The notes beneath the pieces are model-generated. The model had not been told where the DNA came from. It was given only the letters and a program-made list of their open reading frames with translations, and did not search any database. From Celeribacter sp. (GTDB lineage Bacteria; Pseudomonadota; Alphaproteobacteria; Rhodobacterales; Rhodobacteraceae): DNA of 64,000 nucleotides. A program made the translations under genes and the position numbers. Positions 48,612-58,354 of this stretch are shown here, piece by piece (the stretch's first letter is position 1; each line of letters begins with the position of its first letter). Location of the stretch: NCBI RefSeq assembly GCF_048259695.1, contig NZ_JBLXHL010000003.1, positions 358,304-422,303 of the forward strand, read 5' to 3'.

Positions 48612-49340
48612 TCATAGGGTCAGCGCCCATTCGAGCGCATCCAGAAGCTGTTCGCGCCGCGTGATCCCGTCGGGGCCTTTGGGGCGGGCAATCATCGCCA
48701 CCGACATCCCACAGGCCCGCGCCGCGTCCAGTTTCGCACGACCCGCCGCCCCTCCGGCGTTTTTGACCACAAGCCAGTCGGGCTTGAGGTCCGTAAACAG
48801 CACCTGTTCGTCCGCTTGCGAAAACGGCGGGCGGCCAACGATCCAGTCGCCACGGGGCAGTGGAAACGGCGCGTCCGGTGCATCAATCACCCGCGCCCAG
48901 ATGGCACTATGCTCGAGATGCGTCATGTCGCCCACGCTTTGACGCCCTGTGGCCAGAAAGATCCGTTTGCCGCGCGGGATGACACGCGCCAGATCCGCCA
49001 CGTCCGCGGCCTCGTGCCATGTGTCGCCCTGACGCGACAGCCACATCGGGCGTTCATAGCGCAGATACGGCACGCCGCGCGCCGCACATATCCGCGCGGT
49101 GCGTTCGGTGATGCGGGTGGCAAAGGGGTGCGTGGCGTCAATGACGGCCGTGATCCCCGCAGCGTCGAGATAGGCGCAAAACCCGTCCGCGCCGCCAAAT
49201 CCGCCCACGCGGGTCTCGACAGGATAGGCAACGGGATCGCGCGTCACCCCCGCAAGCGAGGCCACGCACGCCACATCGTGTGCGGCCAGATACCCCGCCA
49301 GATTTCGCGCCTCTGTCGTGCCTGCCAGTAAAAGGATCAT
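48612..49340 (-). CDS. cobK: Precorrin-6A reductase
   Basis: LLAGTTEA, GGFGG, IDATHPFA, LATGR, KNAGG. Confidence 0.93.
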   Translation of the reverse strand: MILLLAGTTEARNLAGYLAAHDVACVASLAGVTRDPVAYPVETRVGGFGGADGFCAYLDAAGITAVIDATHPFATRITERTARICAARGVPYLRYERPMWLSRQGDTWHEAADVADLARVIPRGKRIFLATGRQSVGDMTHLEHSAIWARVIDAPDAPFPLPRGDWIVGRPPFSQADEQVLFTDLKPDWLVVKNAGGAAGRAKLDAARACGMSVAMIARPKGPDGITRREQLLDALEWALTL

Positions 49341-50410
49341 GTCTGTGCCGTGCCTGTGCCTGATGTTCCGATAATTGCCCCCTTGCGGTCGATCACCACA
49401 ATGTCAAAGGCCATGCCATGGCCGCCGAACCGTGCCTCGATGGCCGCAAGCGCATGTTGCGCCACGAGATTGGCGAAGTCCGCCCCTTTGGCCTCGTAAA
49501 TCTCGAGCGCGGTATTGGCCTGCGCCAGATCCGGATCTCCCAGACGCGCCGCCCAAAGCGCCATGTCCACTTGCGAGCGTTTTGAGTGCAGATCAATCTC
49601 GCCCTGCGCCAGTTTCGCCAGTTTGCCGATGCCGCCGCCGATGGTGACGCGGGCCACGGGGTGTTTGACGAGGTATTTGAGCATCCCGCCCGCGAAATCG
49701 CCCATATCGAGCATCGCCCCCGCGCTTAGCCCGTGATGCGCCTGAACCACCCGCTCCGATGTCGCTCCCGTACAGCCCGCCACATGGGTCAGCCCCTCGG
49801 CGCGGGCGACATCGACACCGCGGTGGATCGACGCAATCCACGCCGCACACGAAAACGGGCGCACAACACCGGTGGTGCCAAGCACGCTCAAACCGCCCTT
49901 GATCCCGAGGCGCGGGTTCCACGTTTTCGCGGCAATCTTGTCACCGTTCGGGATGGAGATCGTAATCTCGACATCCGGCGCCTGACCAAATCGCGCCGCC
50001 ATATCCATGACCTCGCGTGTCATCATCTCGCGCGGCACGGGGTTGATTGCGGGCTCACCCACCCCGATCGGCAGACCCGCCTTGGTCACCGTACCCACGC
50101 CCGCGCCGGCTTTGAACGTCACGCCGCCCGTGGAGACCGCGACACGGGCGCGAATCTCTGCGCCATGCGTCACATCGGGATCGTCGCCTGCGTCCTTAAT
50201 GATACCCACCTCGGCCCACCCGTCACCGCGTGCGGTATACGACAGCGCAAATCGGGGCCGCTCGCCTTTGGGCAGGGTGATGCGCACCGTGTCGGGAAAA
50301 CCCGCCCCCCATAGCGCATGCAGAGCCGCCCGCGTCGCCGCGGTGGCACAGGCACCCGTGGTCCACCCACGGCGCAACGGTTTCGGGTCATCAGGCGCGT
50401 TTTGCATCAT
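49337..50410 (-). CDS. cbiD: Cobalt-precorrin-5B C1-methyltransferase
   Basis: LRRGWTTGACATAA, KDAGDDPDVTHG, AINPVPR, NPRLGIKGGLSVLGTTG. Confidence 0.95.
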   Translation of the reverse strand: MMQNAPDDPKPLRRGWTTGACATAATRAALHALWGAGFPDTVRITLPKGERPRFALSYTARGDGWAEVGIIKDAGDDPDVTHGAEIRARVAVSTGGVTFKAGAGVGTVTKAGLPIGVGEPAINPVPREMMTREVMDMAARFGQAPDVEITISIPNGDKIAAKTWNPRLGIKGGLSVLGTTGVVRPFSCAAWIASIHRGVDVARAEGLTHVAGCTGATSERVVQAHHGLSAGAMLDMGDFAGGMLKYLVKHPVARVTIGGGIGKLAKLAQGEIDLHSKRSQVDMALWAARLGDPDLAQANTALEIYEAKGADFANLVAQHALAAIEARFGGHGMAFDIVVIDRKGAIIGTSGTGTAQT

Positions 50411-50513
50411 TGCGCGACTATATCGTGCGGTTTGCGCAAATGACCACGCTGTTTTTACCACAACCGCACCGCCGCCACTTTCCACGTCGCGACCCTCACG
50501 CCATAAAGACACA

Positions 50514-51374
50514 ATGAGCGAATCGACATTGACCCTGCCGTCTGGTGACTGGCCTGAATTACTGCCCGGATGGGTGTGGCTGTGTGGTGCCGGTCCGGGG
50601 GATCCCGGGCTGTTGACCCTGCACGCCGTTCACGCGCTGCGTCAGGCCGATGTGATTGTCTATGACGCGCTCGTGGCGCCTGTGATCCTTGAGTGGGCGC
50701 GGGCGGATGTCGAGAAAATCTACGCGGGCAAACGCGGCGGCAAGCCCTCGGCCAAACAGGTCGATATTTCCCTGCGTCTGGTCGATCTGGCCCGTGCGGG
50801 CAAACGGGTGCTGCGCCTCAAGGGCGGCGATCCGTTTGTGTTCGGGCGCGGCGGCGAAGAGGCCCAGACCCTCATTCAACACGGGGTTCCCGTGCGCATT
50901 ATCCCCGGTATTTCGGCAGGGATCGGCGGCTTGGCCTATGCGGGCATCCCCGTCACCCACCGCGATGTGAACCAGTCCGTGACCTTTGTGACGGGCCACG
51001 ATCAACGCGGCGAGACCCCTGACAGCCTTGATTGGGAGGCGCTATCGCGCGCCTCGGGCGTGTTGGTCATCTACATGGGGATGAAACACGCCCCCGCGAT
51101 CCGCAGCGGCTTGCTTGGCGCGGGACAGCGCAGCGAGGACGAACCCGTGGCCATCGTGTCGCAGGCCACCACACCCGAGCAAAAGGTTCTCGAAACCACC
51201 CTTGGCACCATGCTCGACGACATCGCCGCAACGCGGATGGAACCGCCCGCGATCATCTGTGTCGGGCGCAATGTCTTGATGCGTCAAGTCCTTGACTGGC
51301 AAGCGTTAATGCGCGGCGAAGCCCCTCGCAACCTCGATCCTCTGGGGCGCGGAAAACCCGCCGAAGAACGCTAG
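50514..51374 (+). CDS. cobA: Uroporphyrinogen-III C-methyltransferase
   Basis: GAGPGDPGLLT, YDALV, RLKGGDPFVFGRGGEE. Confidence 0.95.
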   Translation: MSESTLTLPSGDWPELLPGWVWLCGAGPGDPGLLTLHAVHALRQADVIVYDALVAPVILEWARADVEKIYAGKRGGKPSAKQVDISLRLVDLARAGKRVLRLKGGDPFVFGRGGEEAQTLIQHGVPVRIIPGISAGIGGLAYAGIPVTHRDVNQSVTFVTGHDQRGETPDSLDWEALSRASGVLVIYMGMKHAPAIRSGLLGAGQRSEDEPVAIVSQATTPEQKVLETTLGTMLDDIAATRMEPPAIICVGRNVLMRQVLDWQALMRGEAPRNLDPLGRGKPAEER

Positions 51375-51375
51375 T

Positions 51376-52680
51376 ATGGCGCGTGGATTTTTGATCGCGG
51401 CCCCTGCATCGGGCTCGGGCAAAACCACTGTCACCCTTGGCCTGTTGCGCGCGCTCAACCGACGCGGCGTTGCGGTGCGCTCCGCCAAATCCGGTCCCGA
51501 TTATATCGACCCGCGGTTCCATGAGGCCGCCAGTGGTGCGCCCTGTGTGAACCTTGACGCGTGGGCGATGGGCACGGATCGCCTTGCAGCACTTGCGCAT
51601 GGATCCGGGGCACACGGGTCCGAGGAGTTGCTCATCATTGAAGGCGCGATGGGCCTGTTCGACGGCGCACCGCATACCACCGATCCCGACCGTGACGGCA
51701 AAGGGGCCTGTGCCGATCTGGCCAAACTGTTCGACCTGCCCGTGATCCTTGTGGTCGATGCCTCCCACATGGCGCAATCCATCGCCGCCGTGGTTGCGGG
51801 ATTTGTCGCCCATGATCCGCATGTGCGCATTGCGGGGGTGATCCTCAACAAGGTGGGCAGCCTGCGCCATGAGGCGATGTTGACCCGCGCCCTGACACCG
51901 CTCGGCCTCCCCGTGCTCGGCACCCTGCCCCGCGACGCAACACTCGCAACCCCCTCCCGCCACCTCGGTCTGGTTCAGGCGGGCGAGCGGCCCGATCTGG
52001 ACGCGTTTTTGGACCGTGCGGCGGATGCGGTCGAGGCGGCCCTCGATGTTGAGGCCATTCTGGCCCGCGCCGCGCCGTTTCACAGCCGCAACACCGGCCC
52101 GCGCACCGTGCCGCCCGCCCAAACCATCGCCGTGGCACAAGACGCCGCCTTTGCCTTTGCCTATCCCCACCTTTTGGCCGATTGGCGCGCACAAGGCGCT
52201 GAAATAAAATTGTTTTCGCCACTGGCCGATCAGCCCGCCCCACCGAGTGACCTCATCTACCTGCCCGGTGGCTACCCCGAATTGCACGCAGGCACCTTGG
52301 CCGCCAATCACCGCTTTTTACAATCGCTGCGCGAAGCAGCAGCGCGGCGCAGCGTCTATGGCGAATGCGGCGGCTATATGGTTCTGGGCGATGGGTTGAC
52401 CGATCGCGACGGGGTGCGTCACCGCATGGCGGGGCTGCTCAACCTCGAAACCTCGTTCGCCACCCGCAAACTACATCTGGGCTACCGCCACGCGACGCTC
52501 GCCCACGGTCCTTTCACCGGCGCGTGGATGGCCCACGAGTTCCACTACGCCACCACGCTCAAGGCCGAAGGCACTCCGCTTTTGACCGCCACCGACGCCG
52601 AAGGCACGGATCTTGGCCCGCAAGGGTTGGTGCAAGGGGCGGTGAGCGGGTCGTTTATCCATCTGATCGACCGGGCCTGA
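51376..52680 (+). CDS. cobB: Cobyrinate/hydrogenobyrinate a,c-diamide synthase
   Basis: SGSGKTT, KSGPDYIDP, EGAMGLFDG, SRHLGL, YGECGG, HEFHY. Confidence 0.95.
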   Translation: MARGFLIAAPASGSGKTTVTLGLLRALNRRGVAVRSAKSGPDYIDPRFHEAASGAPCVNLDAWAMGTDRLAALAHGSGAHGSEELLIIEGAMGLFDGAPHTTDPDRDGKGACADLAKLFDLPVILVVDASHMAQSIAAVVAGFVAHDPHVRIAGVILNKVGSLRHEAMLTRALTPLGLPVLGTLPRDATLATPSRHLGLVQAGERPDLDAFLDRAADAVEAALDVEAILARAAPFHSRNTGPRTVPPAQTIAVAQDAAFAFAYPHLLADWRAQGAEIKLFSPLADQPAPPSDLIYLPGGYPELHAGTLAANHRFLQSLREAAARRSVYGECGGYMVLGDGLTDRDGVRHRMAGLLNLETSFATRKLHLGYRHATLAHGPFTGAWMAHEFHYATTLKAEGTPLLTATDAEGTDLGPQGLVQGAVSGSFIHLIDRA

Positions 52681-52804
52681 GCCGGCGGCAACAATCGCGG
52701 CCTGCCCTGCGCAAAAATGTCGGAGGGGGGCGTGACGTGCTGTCTCTTTCCAAGCGCATTCCGGATCGTTAAAGCAGTCGGATACATTATTTGGACGCTG
52801 CCTT

Positions 52805-54022
52805 ATGACCCACGCACACCCCACCGTTTCGCCCGCCGTTGCCCGCCGCAATGTCTATATCCTTGTCGCCGCTCAGGCATTCCTCGGGGCGCAAATGTCG
52901 ATGATTTTCATCATCGCGGGCCTTGCGGGGCAATCGCTCGCCTCCAACCTGTGCTTTGCCACCCTGCCGATTTCCGCCATTGTGCTCGGCTCGATGATGT
53001 CGGCCACGCCACTGTCGTGGGTGATGCAGAACTACGGGCGCCGCGTGGGCTTCTGGGTCGGCACCTCGGCGGGTGCTGTTGGCGCGTCAATCGGCGCTAT
53101 CGCCTTGTTACAACAAAACTTCTGGCTGTTCGTTTTGGGCGGGTTGTTCACGGGCCTGTATCAGTCGAGCCAGGGGTTCTTTCGCTTTGCCGCCACCGAC
53201 ACCGCCGAGGATGCGTTCAAACCGAAGGCCATTTCATGGGTGATGGCGGGTGGTCTGGCCTCGGCCATCATCGGGCCGCAACTTGTCAAAGCAACGTCAC
53301 AGGCGATGGTTGTGCCATTCCTTGGTTCCTATCTGGCGGTGATCGCGATCAACGTTATCGGCTCCGGCCTGTTTTTGTTTCTCTCCATCCCTAAACCCCC
53401 CGTGGCCAAACACGGCGAAGCCCTTGGCCGTTCCACCCTGCAACTGTTGCGCACCCCGCGCGTGGCGGTGGCGATCATCGTGGCGATGGTGTCCTACGCG
53501 CTGATGAACCTCGTGATGACCTCAACACCTCTGGCCGTTGTCGGGTGCGGGTTTGAACAAAACACGGCTGCCGACATCGTATCCGCACATGTTCTGGCGA
53601 TGTTTGTTCCGTCGTTTTTCACCGGATCGCTCATCGCACGGTTCGGGGTGCAACGGATCATGGCAACCGGTCTGGTGATCCTCGGCATGGCGGGGATCGT
53701 CGGCATGGCGGGCGTCACACTTGAAAATTTCTTTGTCGCTCTTGTCTTGCTCGGGATCGGATGGAATTTTGGCTTTATCGGCGCCACCGCCATGCTTGCC
53801 TCCGCCCATGAACCCTCGGAGCGCGGGCGCATTCAGGGCATCAACGACCTGTTGGTGTTCGGCGGCGTGACCGTGGCGTCACTGGCCTCGGGCGGGTTGA
53901 TGAATTGCTCGGGCGGCTCGGCGCAAGACGGATGGACCGCGGTCAACCTCGCCATGATCCCGTTCCTGACGCTTGCCGGCGCGGCGTTGATCTGGCTGTG
54001 GATGCAACCCAAAGAGACGTGA
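52805..54022 (+). CDS. MFS transporter
   Basis: About 12 hydrophobic segments, YGRRVGF loop, FFRFAATD, HVLAMFVPS. Confidence 0.85.
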   Translation: MTHAHPTVSPAVARRNVYILVAAQAFLGAQMSMIFIIAGLAGQSLASNLCFATLPISAIVLGSMMSATPLSWVMQNYGRRVGFWVGTSAGAVGASIGAIALLQQNFWLFVLGGLFTGLYQSSQGFFRFAATDTAEDAFKPKAISWVMAGGLASAIIGPQLVKATSQAMVVPFLGSYLAVIAINVIGSGLFLFLSIPKPPVAKHGEALGRSTLQLLRTPRVAVAIIVAMVSYALMNLVMTSTPLAVVGCGFEQNTAADIVSAHVLAMFVPSFFTGSLIARFGVQRIMATGLVILGMAGIVGMAGVTLENFFVALVLLGIGWNFGFIGATAMLASAHEPSERGRIQGINDLLVFGGVTVASLASGGLMNCSGGSAQDGWTAVNLAMIPFLTLAGAALIWLWMQPKET

Positions 54023-54054
54023 GGCCCTGCGTCAGGCAAGCCCCGTGGTCGGCA

Positions 54055-54915
54055 CTACAGCGTCGCCCGCAGCCTGTCGCGGTGTCGCGCCAACCAAAGC
54101 GCCGTGAGATACAGCGGTCCCGTATCCAGTTGATGCGCGTCACACATCGCCATCAGGTCGTCAAACGATACCAGATGCGACCGGATGTCCTCATGTTCCC
54201 CCGCCAGACCCGCCGTCCCCGTCACATCGTCGGGGAGATCGGCAAAGCCCACATAGGACACAATAAACTCGGTCGCAGCCCCGGGGCTGACGTAGTATTC
54301 GGCGGCCTTGTGCAACGCGCCCAAAACCACGCGCGCCTCCTCGACGGCTTCGCGCCGCGCGGTGGCCTCCGGCCCCTCGCCCGCATCAATGCGCCCCGCG
54401 ACAGGTTCATAGACCCACGGATAGGCATCGCCACGCCCGAACGGGCCAAAGCGGACCTGTTCGATCAACAGCACACGGTCGCGCACCGGATCATAGGGCA
54501 AAACCGTCGCCGCATCGGCCATATGAAACACACAGCGCTGGATCTGCGCCGATTGCGTGCCGTCAAACCGCGCATGGCGGTAATGGCTGTCCTCAAGGGC
54601 GAAATAGTTGAGATAGGGCAGGACACGGCGCACTTCGGTGATCGCCTCACGCGTCTTGCTTTGGCGGCCCGCATCCAGATTGCGGGGGGTCTGTTGCGCA
54701 CGGGTCCGCGACCACGCCCGGGTCAGGATTTGATCCAGATGGGGCGTCACCGCCTCCACGCTGCGCCCTTGGGTCAGGTGTGCGACCAGTTCCACGGCGG
54801 CCGCGCGGATGACCTGCGCCGACAGGTCGGGGTGCGCGTGCAAAACCGCCCGCACATAGGCAACCTCGTCGGTGGAATAGACATCGCCCAGCGTCTCGAA
54901 CGGATCCAATGTCAT
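54055..54915 (-). CDS. NUDIX ADP-ribose pyrophosphatase (TrgB-like)
   Basis: Nudix box GRIDAGEGPEATARREAVEEA, LPYDPVRD, SPGA; ATG 54915 overlaps the trgA TGA (54948 is an alternative start). Confidence 0.85.
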   Translation of the reverse strand: MTLDPFETLGDVYSTDEVAYVRAVLHAHPDLSAQVIRAAAVELVAHLTQGRSVEAVTPHLDQILTRAWSRTRAQQTPRNLDAGRQSKTREAITEVRRVLPYLNYFALEDSHYRHARFDGTQSAQIQRCVFHMADAATVLPYDPVRDRVLLIEQVRFGPFGRGDAYPWVYEPVAGRIDAGEGPEATARREAVEEARVVLGALHKAAEYYVSPGAATEFIVSYVGFADLPDDVTGTAGLAGEHEDIRSHLVSFDDLMAMCDAHQLDTGPLYLTALWLARHRDRLRATL

Positions 54916-55352
54916 GACCACCGCCGCGCTGTCTGTTCGGTCAGCCATCCGCCAAACAAGCCGCCAATCAACAGCGTCGCGGCGACATCAAAGCGGACAA
55001 CCGTAAGCGCATAGTTTTTGAACAGATCAACCATCCCCGTAAGCGCCTGCATCGGACCTTTGTAACGGGTGGCCCATGCGCGGTGCATCATCTCCTCGCC
55101 GGAAAAATAGAACAGCGCCCAAAACAGCAACAGGATCGTGGCGGTAAAACCATAACCATAGGCGGCCCGCATGGTATCGCCCGCGCGTTTGCCCAGAAAA
55201 ATCCACCCGACGGAAAAACCGATCACGCCGGTTATATAGCTGTACCAACCGAATTGGGTCCCTTCGGGCAAATGCGCCTTTGAGATTTCGGCCGCGAACC
55301 ACCCCAAAAGGGCAAACCAAAGTGCGGCGACGAGTTTTGCTGCTGTGGGCAT
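54912..55352 (-). CDS. trgA: TrgA family membrane protein
   Basis: MPTAAKLVAAL..., 4 TM segments, directly upstream of the NUDIX gene as in Rhodobacter trgAB. Confidence 0.75.
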   Translation of the reverse strand: MPTAAKLVAALWFALLGWFAAEISKAHLPEGTQFGWYSYITGVIGFSVGWIFLGKRAGDTMRAAYGYGFTATILLLFWALFYFSGEEMMHRAWATRYKGPMQALTGMVDLFKNYALTVVRFDVAATLLIGGLFGGWLTEQTARRWS

Positions 55353-55513
55353 AGCGGTCCTGTGATGTTGAAACCGAAGGGCCTGTTGCCGGATGGCAGG
55401 TGACCCTAGACCACAAGATCACCGCGCAATCGGCGCTTTTTCAAGGAAAATTGGTGGTGCCATCGGGGAATTTACGCCCTTAGGTGCCGATTTGTCCCGA
55501 AATTCCCCCGACC

Positions 55514-56758
55514 TTAGGCATCACGGGGCCGTGTCATCGTGATTTGCGTCACATCACAGTTGCCCGAATGAAAGGTCGCCGCACAGGAGGTGAGATAAAA
55601 ATTCCACATCCGGCGGAACCGCGCGTCAAATCCCATGGCCTCTATAGCGGGCCACTGGGCGTTGAAATCATCGAACCACAGGCGTAGGGTTTTCGAATAG
55701 CTTTCACCGAACTCGACGCTGTTTTTGAACGTCAGCCCCGCATTGGAGATTTGCGCCCGCAGCGCCGTGGGAGAGGGCAACATCCCGCCTGGAAAGATGT
55801 ATTTACGAATAAAATCAACGTTTTTTCGGTAGATTTCGAACCGGCGATCCTGAACGGTAATGATTTGAAGCGCGGCGGAGGCCTCCGGCTTGAGGCACTC
55901 TTTGACCTTGGCAAAATAGGTCGGCCAGTATTTTTCGCCCACCGCCTCGAACATCTCGATCGAGGCAATGCCGTCATATTGCGCCCTCTCGTCGCGATAA
56001 TCCTGAAGCTTGAACGTCACGCGATCCGACAGACCCGCGCGTTTGATCCGTGCGGTGGCGTAGTCGAACTGCTCCTGACTGATGGTCAGCCCCGTGACGC
56101 GCAGGCCCCGTTCGCCGGCGGCGTATTCGGCAAATCCGCCCCAACCGCATCCGATCTCCAACACATGATCCCCCGCGCTTACGCCCATTTCATCGACCAT
56201 CGAGCGGTATTTGGCGATCTGTGCCTGTGCCAGTGTCTGACCTTCGCTCTCATATTTGGCGGAGGAATAGGTCATGGTCTCATCAAGCCATAAGCCATAG
56301 AACTCATTGCCCAAATCGTAGTGGTAGGAAATATTTTTCTTGGCTTGGCGTTTGGAGTTGTTGTTCATCCAATGGCGCATCCGTTCGTAGATGCGCACAA
56401 ATCCCATGCCCGGAAATCCGTCATACAGGTCGTCATTGTCGGCGTGGATCAAGTCCATAAAGGCCATCAGATCGGGGGTGCTCCACCCGCCGTCGAGGTA
56501 GTCCTCGCAAAACCCCAGATCGCCCTCGCGAATGAGGCGGGCAAACACGTCATCAGAGGCCACATTCAACACGGCCTCTGGCCCGTCGGCCTTGCCGTTT
56601 GCGCGAAACACCCGACCGTCGGGCAAGACGAAATCAAGCTGACCCCGCGCCATATTCCGGGCCATTGCGAACACGGTGGCAAAATAGCGCGGCAGCGCCT
56701 CCTGCCCTTCGACCGAGGTCAGAATGGTGTCTTTGGCATGTGCATTATCGTCGAGCAT
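55514..56758 (-). CDS. SAM-dependent fatty-acyl methyltransferase, CFA synthase family (probable UfaM/CfaS orthologue)
   Basis: NISYHYDLGNEFY, MTYSSA, VLEIGCGWGG, SIEMFEAVG, YIFPGG; downstream of the photolyase. Confidence 0.88.
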   Translation of the reverse strand: MLDDNAHAKDTILTSVEGQEALPRYFATVFAMARNMARGQLDFVLPDGRVFRANGKADGPEAVLNVASDDVFARLIREGDLGFCEDYLDGGWSTPDLMAFMDLIHADNDDLYDGFPGMGFVRIYERMRHWMNNNSKRQAKKNISYHYDLGNEFYGLWLDETMTYSSAKYESEGQTLAQAQIAKYRSMVDEMGVSAGDHVLEIGCGWGGFAEYAAGERGLRVTGLTISQEQFDYATARIKRAGLSDRVTFKLQDYRDERAQYDGIASIEMFEAVGEKYWPTYFAKVKECLKPEASAALQIITVQDRRFEIYRKNVDFIRKYIFPGGMLPSPTALRAQISNAGLTFKNSVEFGESYSKTLRLWFDDFNAQWPAIEAMGFDARFRRMWNFYLTSCAATFHSGNCDVTQITMTRPRDA

Positions 56759-56838
56759 CGTGGCCCCCTCGTCTATCGTTGCCGCCTGTTTTCAAGCGGT
56801 CGTTGTCATCGTTCAGTGTAGCGTGAAATCGCTCTGCG

Positions 56839-58239
56839 TCACGCATTGCGCTGCGAATAGGCCGCAAGGGCGCGTTCACGCCCCGCCGTGAGGCCCATCA
56901 CCGGATCGGGGTAGCGGTCCTGTGCCGACAGGCCCCAAGCCTTTGGAATAGCATCGAAATAAGACAGCGCAGTGGGGGACGGATTGCGCGTCCCTTCGGC
57001 AATCCAGGTCCGCAAATAGGTGCCGTCCTTGTCAAACTTTTCGGCCTGCCCGTCGGGGTTGAAAATACGGAAATACGGTGCCGCATCGGGTCCACACCCC
57101 GCCACCCATTGCCACCCCATAGCGTTGGCCGCAGGATCCCAATCAATCAAACAGTCCTCGAACCACGCCCGCCCCACACGCCAATGCACCATCAGGTGTT
57201 TGGTCAAATAGGAGGCCACAATCATCCGCGCACGGTTGTGCATCGTGCCTGTGACATAGAGTTCGCGCATGGCCGCATCCACAAACCGGATGCCTGTGCG
57301 CCCCTGCTGCCACGCCGTCACCTCGGACAGGGTCCTGTCCTCGCGCCACGGGAACGTATCCCACCCCTCGCGGTGGTTGTGCGTGGCCAGATCAGGTTCG
57401 TTGTACAACAGGTGATAGGCAAACTCGCGCCATGTCAGCTCTTTGAGGAAATGCTCGGCCCCTGCCGCACCCGTCTCCATCGCCCGCATCCCTGCGTGCC
57501 AGATTGTGCGGGGCGAAATTTCACCGTAGGTGAGGTTTTCGGACAGGCCGGAGCACACAGGTTCGGCGGGAAAATCCCGTTTGGCCTTATAGTGATCGAC
57601 GTGGCGGGCAATAAAGGCGTCGAGCCGTGCGAGGGCCGCCTCTTCGCCGACATGGCAATGCGGGGCAACCACCGCCGCACCGCGCCGCATCTGTGCGCCA
57701 AGCGCCCAATCGTCAAGCGTATCGCTGTCGGGACAGCCCGCCCATGTCGGCGCGGACATGGGCAAGGTCGCGGCAATCGCGCTGTCTTTGACCGCCCGCC
57801 AGAACGGCGAATACACTTTGTAATAGCCGCCTGTTTTGGTCTCGACCGTCCACGGTTCGAACAACAGGTGGCCCGCATGGCTGTGCGCCGCGACCCCCAT
57901 GGTCTTAAGGGTGGATTTCACATCGGTGTCACGGGCAATCGCGTCTTTATCGTAAAGCCGCCCCCAATGCACAGACGTTGCCCCGACCTCGCGGGCAATG
58001 GCGGGGACGATCACCCGCGCGTCCCCTTTGCGCAACAACACGCGCCCGCCTTTGGCCTCGATCGTCGCGATCAGATGCGCCAGTCCCAAACCCATCCGCC
58101 ATTTTGGCGCGGCCCCGAGGCTGTCCACGCTCGCATCGCATACGAACACGGGCAAGACATCGCCGGCGGTCGCCGCGGCGACCAATGCGGGATTGTCCGA
58201 AAGCCTGAAATCGCGGCGGATCCACCAGATCGCTGTCAC
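56839..58239 (-). CDS. Deoxyribodipyrimidine photolyase (cryptochrome/photolyase family)
   Basis: WIRRDFRLSDNPAL, WREF, GTMHNRARM, DWDPAANAMGWQW, RIFNP. Confidence 0.93.
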   Translation of the reverse strand: MTAIWWIRRDFRLSDNPALVAAATAGDVLPVFVCDASVDSLGAAPKWRMGLGLAHLIATIEAKGGRVLLRKGDARVIVPAIAREVGATSVHWGRLYDKDAIARDTDVKSTLKTMGVAAHSHAGHLLFEPWTVETKTGGYYKVYSPFWRAVKDSAIAATLPMSAPTWAGCPDSDTLDDWALGAQMRRGAAVVAPHCHVGEEAALARLDAFIARHVDHYKAKRDFPAEPVCSGLSENLTYGEISPRTIWHAGMRAMETGAAGAEHFLKELTWREFAYHLLYNEPDLATHNHREGWDTFPWREDRTLSEVTAWQQGRTGIRFVDAAMRELYVTGTMHNRARMIVASYLTKHLMVHWRVGRAWFEDCLIDWDPAANAMGWQWVAGCGPDAAPYFRIFNPDGQAEKFDKDGTYLRTWIAEGTRNPSPTALSYFDAIPKAWGLSAQDRYPDPVMGLTAGRERALAAYSQRNA

Positions 58240-58266
58240 ACTATTCTCCTATGTGTTTGAGGGTAT

Positions 58267-58292
58267 TACGCAACAAAGCGGCGTTTGGTTCA
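58267..58292 (-). promoter_or_regulatory. SigmaE (RpoE/ChrR)-type promoter
   Basis: TGAACC-N15-GCGTA versus the Rhodobacter sigmaE consensus TGATCC-N15-GCGTA. Confidence 0.7.
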
Positions 58293-58297
58293 AACAA

Positions 58298-58327
58298 AAA
58301 CCGCGCCTTGATAAAAAGGCGCGGTTT
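58298..58327 (-). terminator. Terminator of the ABC transporter gene
   Basis: AAACCGCGCCTT-loop-AAGGCGCGGTTT with T-run abutting the sigmaE -35 element. Confidence 0.75.
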
Positions 58328-58354
58328 GGACATGGGACCGGCAAGAGACGGCGC

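Noticed and set aside
48596-48617. Tandem CGCCCTCATAG x2 at the cobK/alkA junction
   Set aside because: Micro-duplication of the stop region that leaves both frames intact.
50411-50513. Cobalamin riboswitch between cbiD and cobA
   Set aside because: The gap is only ~100 bp and no B12-box or GGGAA core elements were seen.
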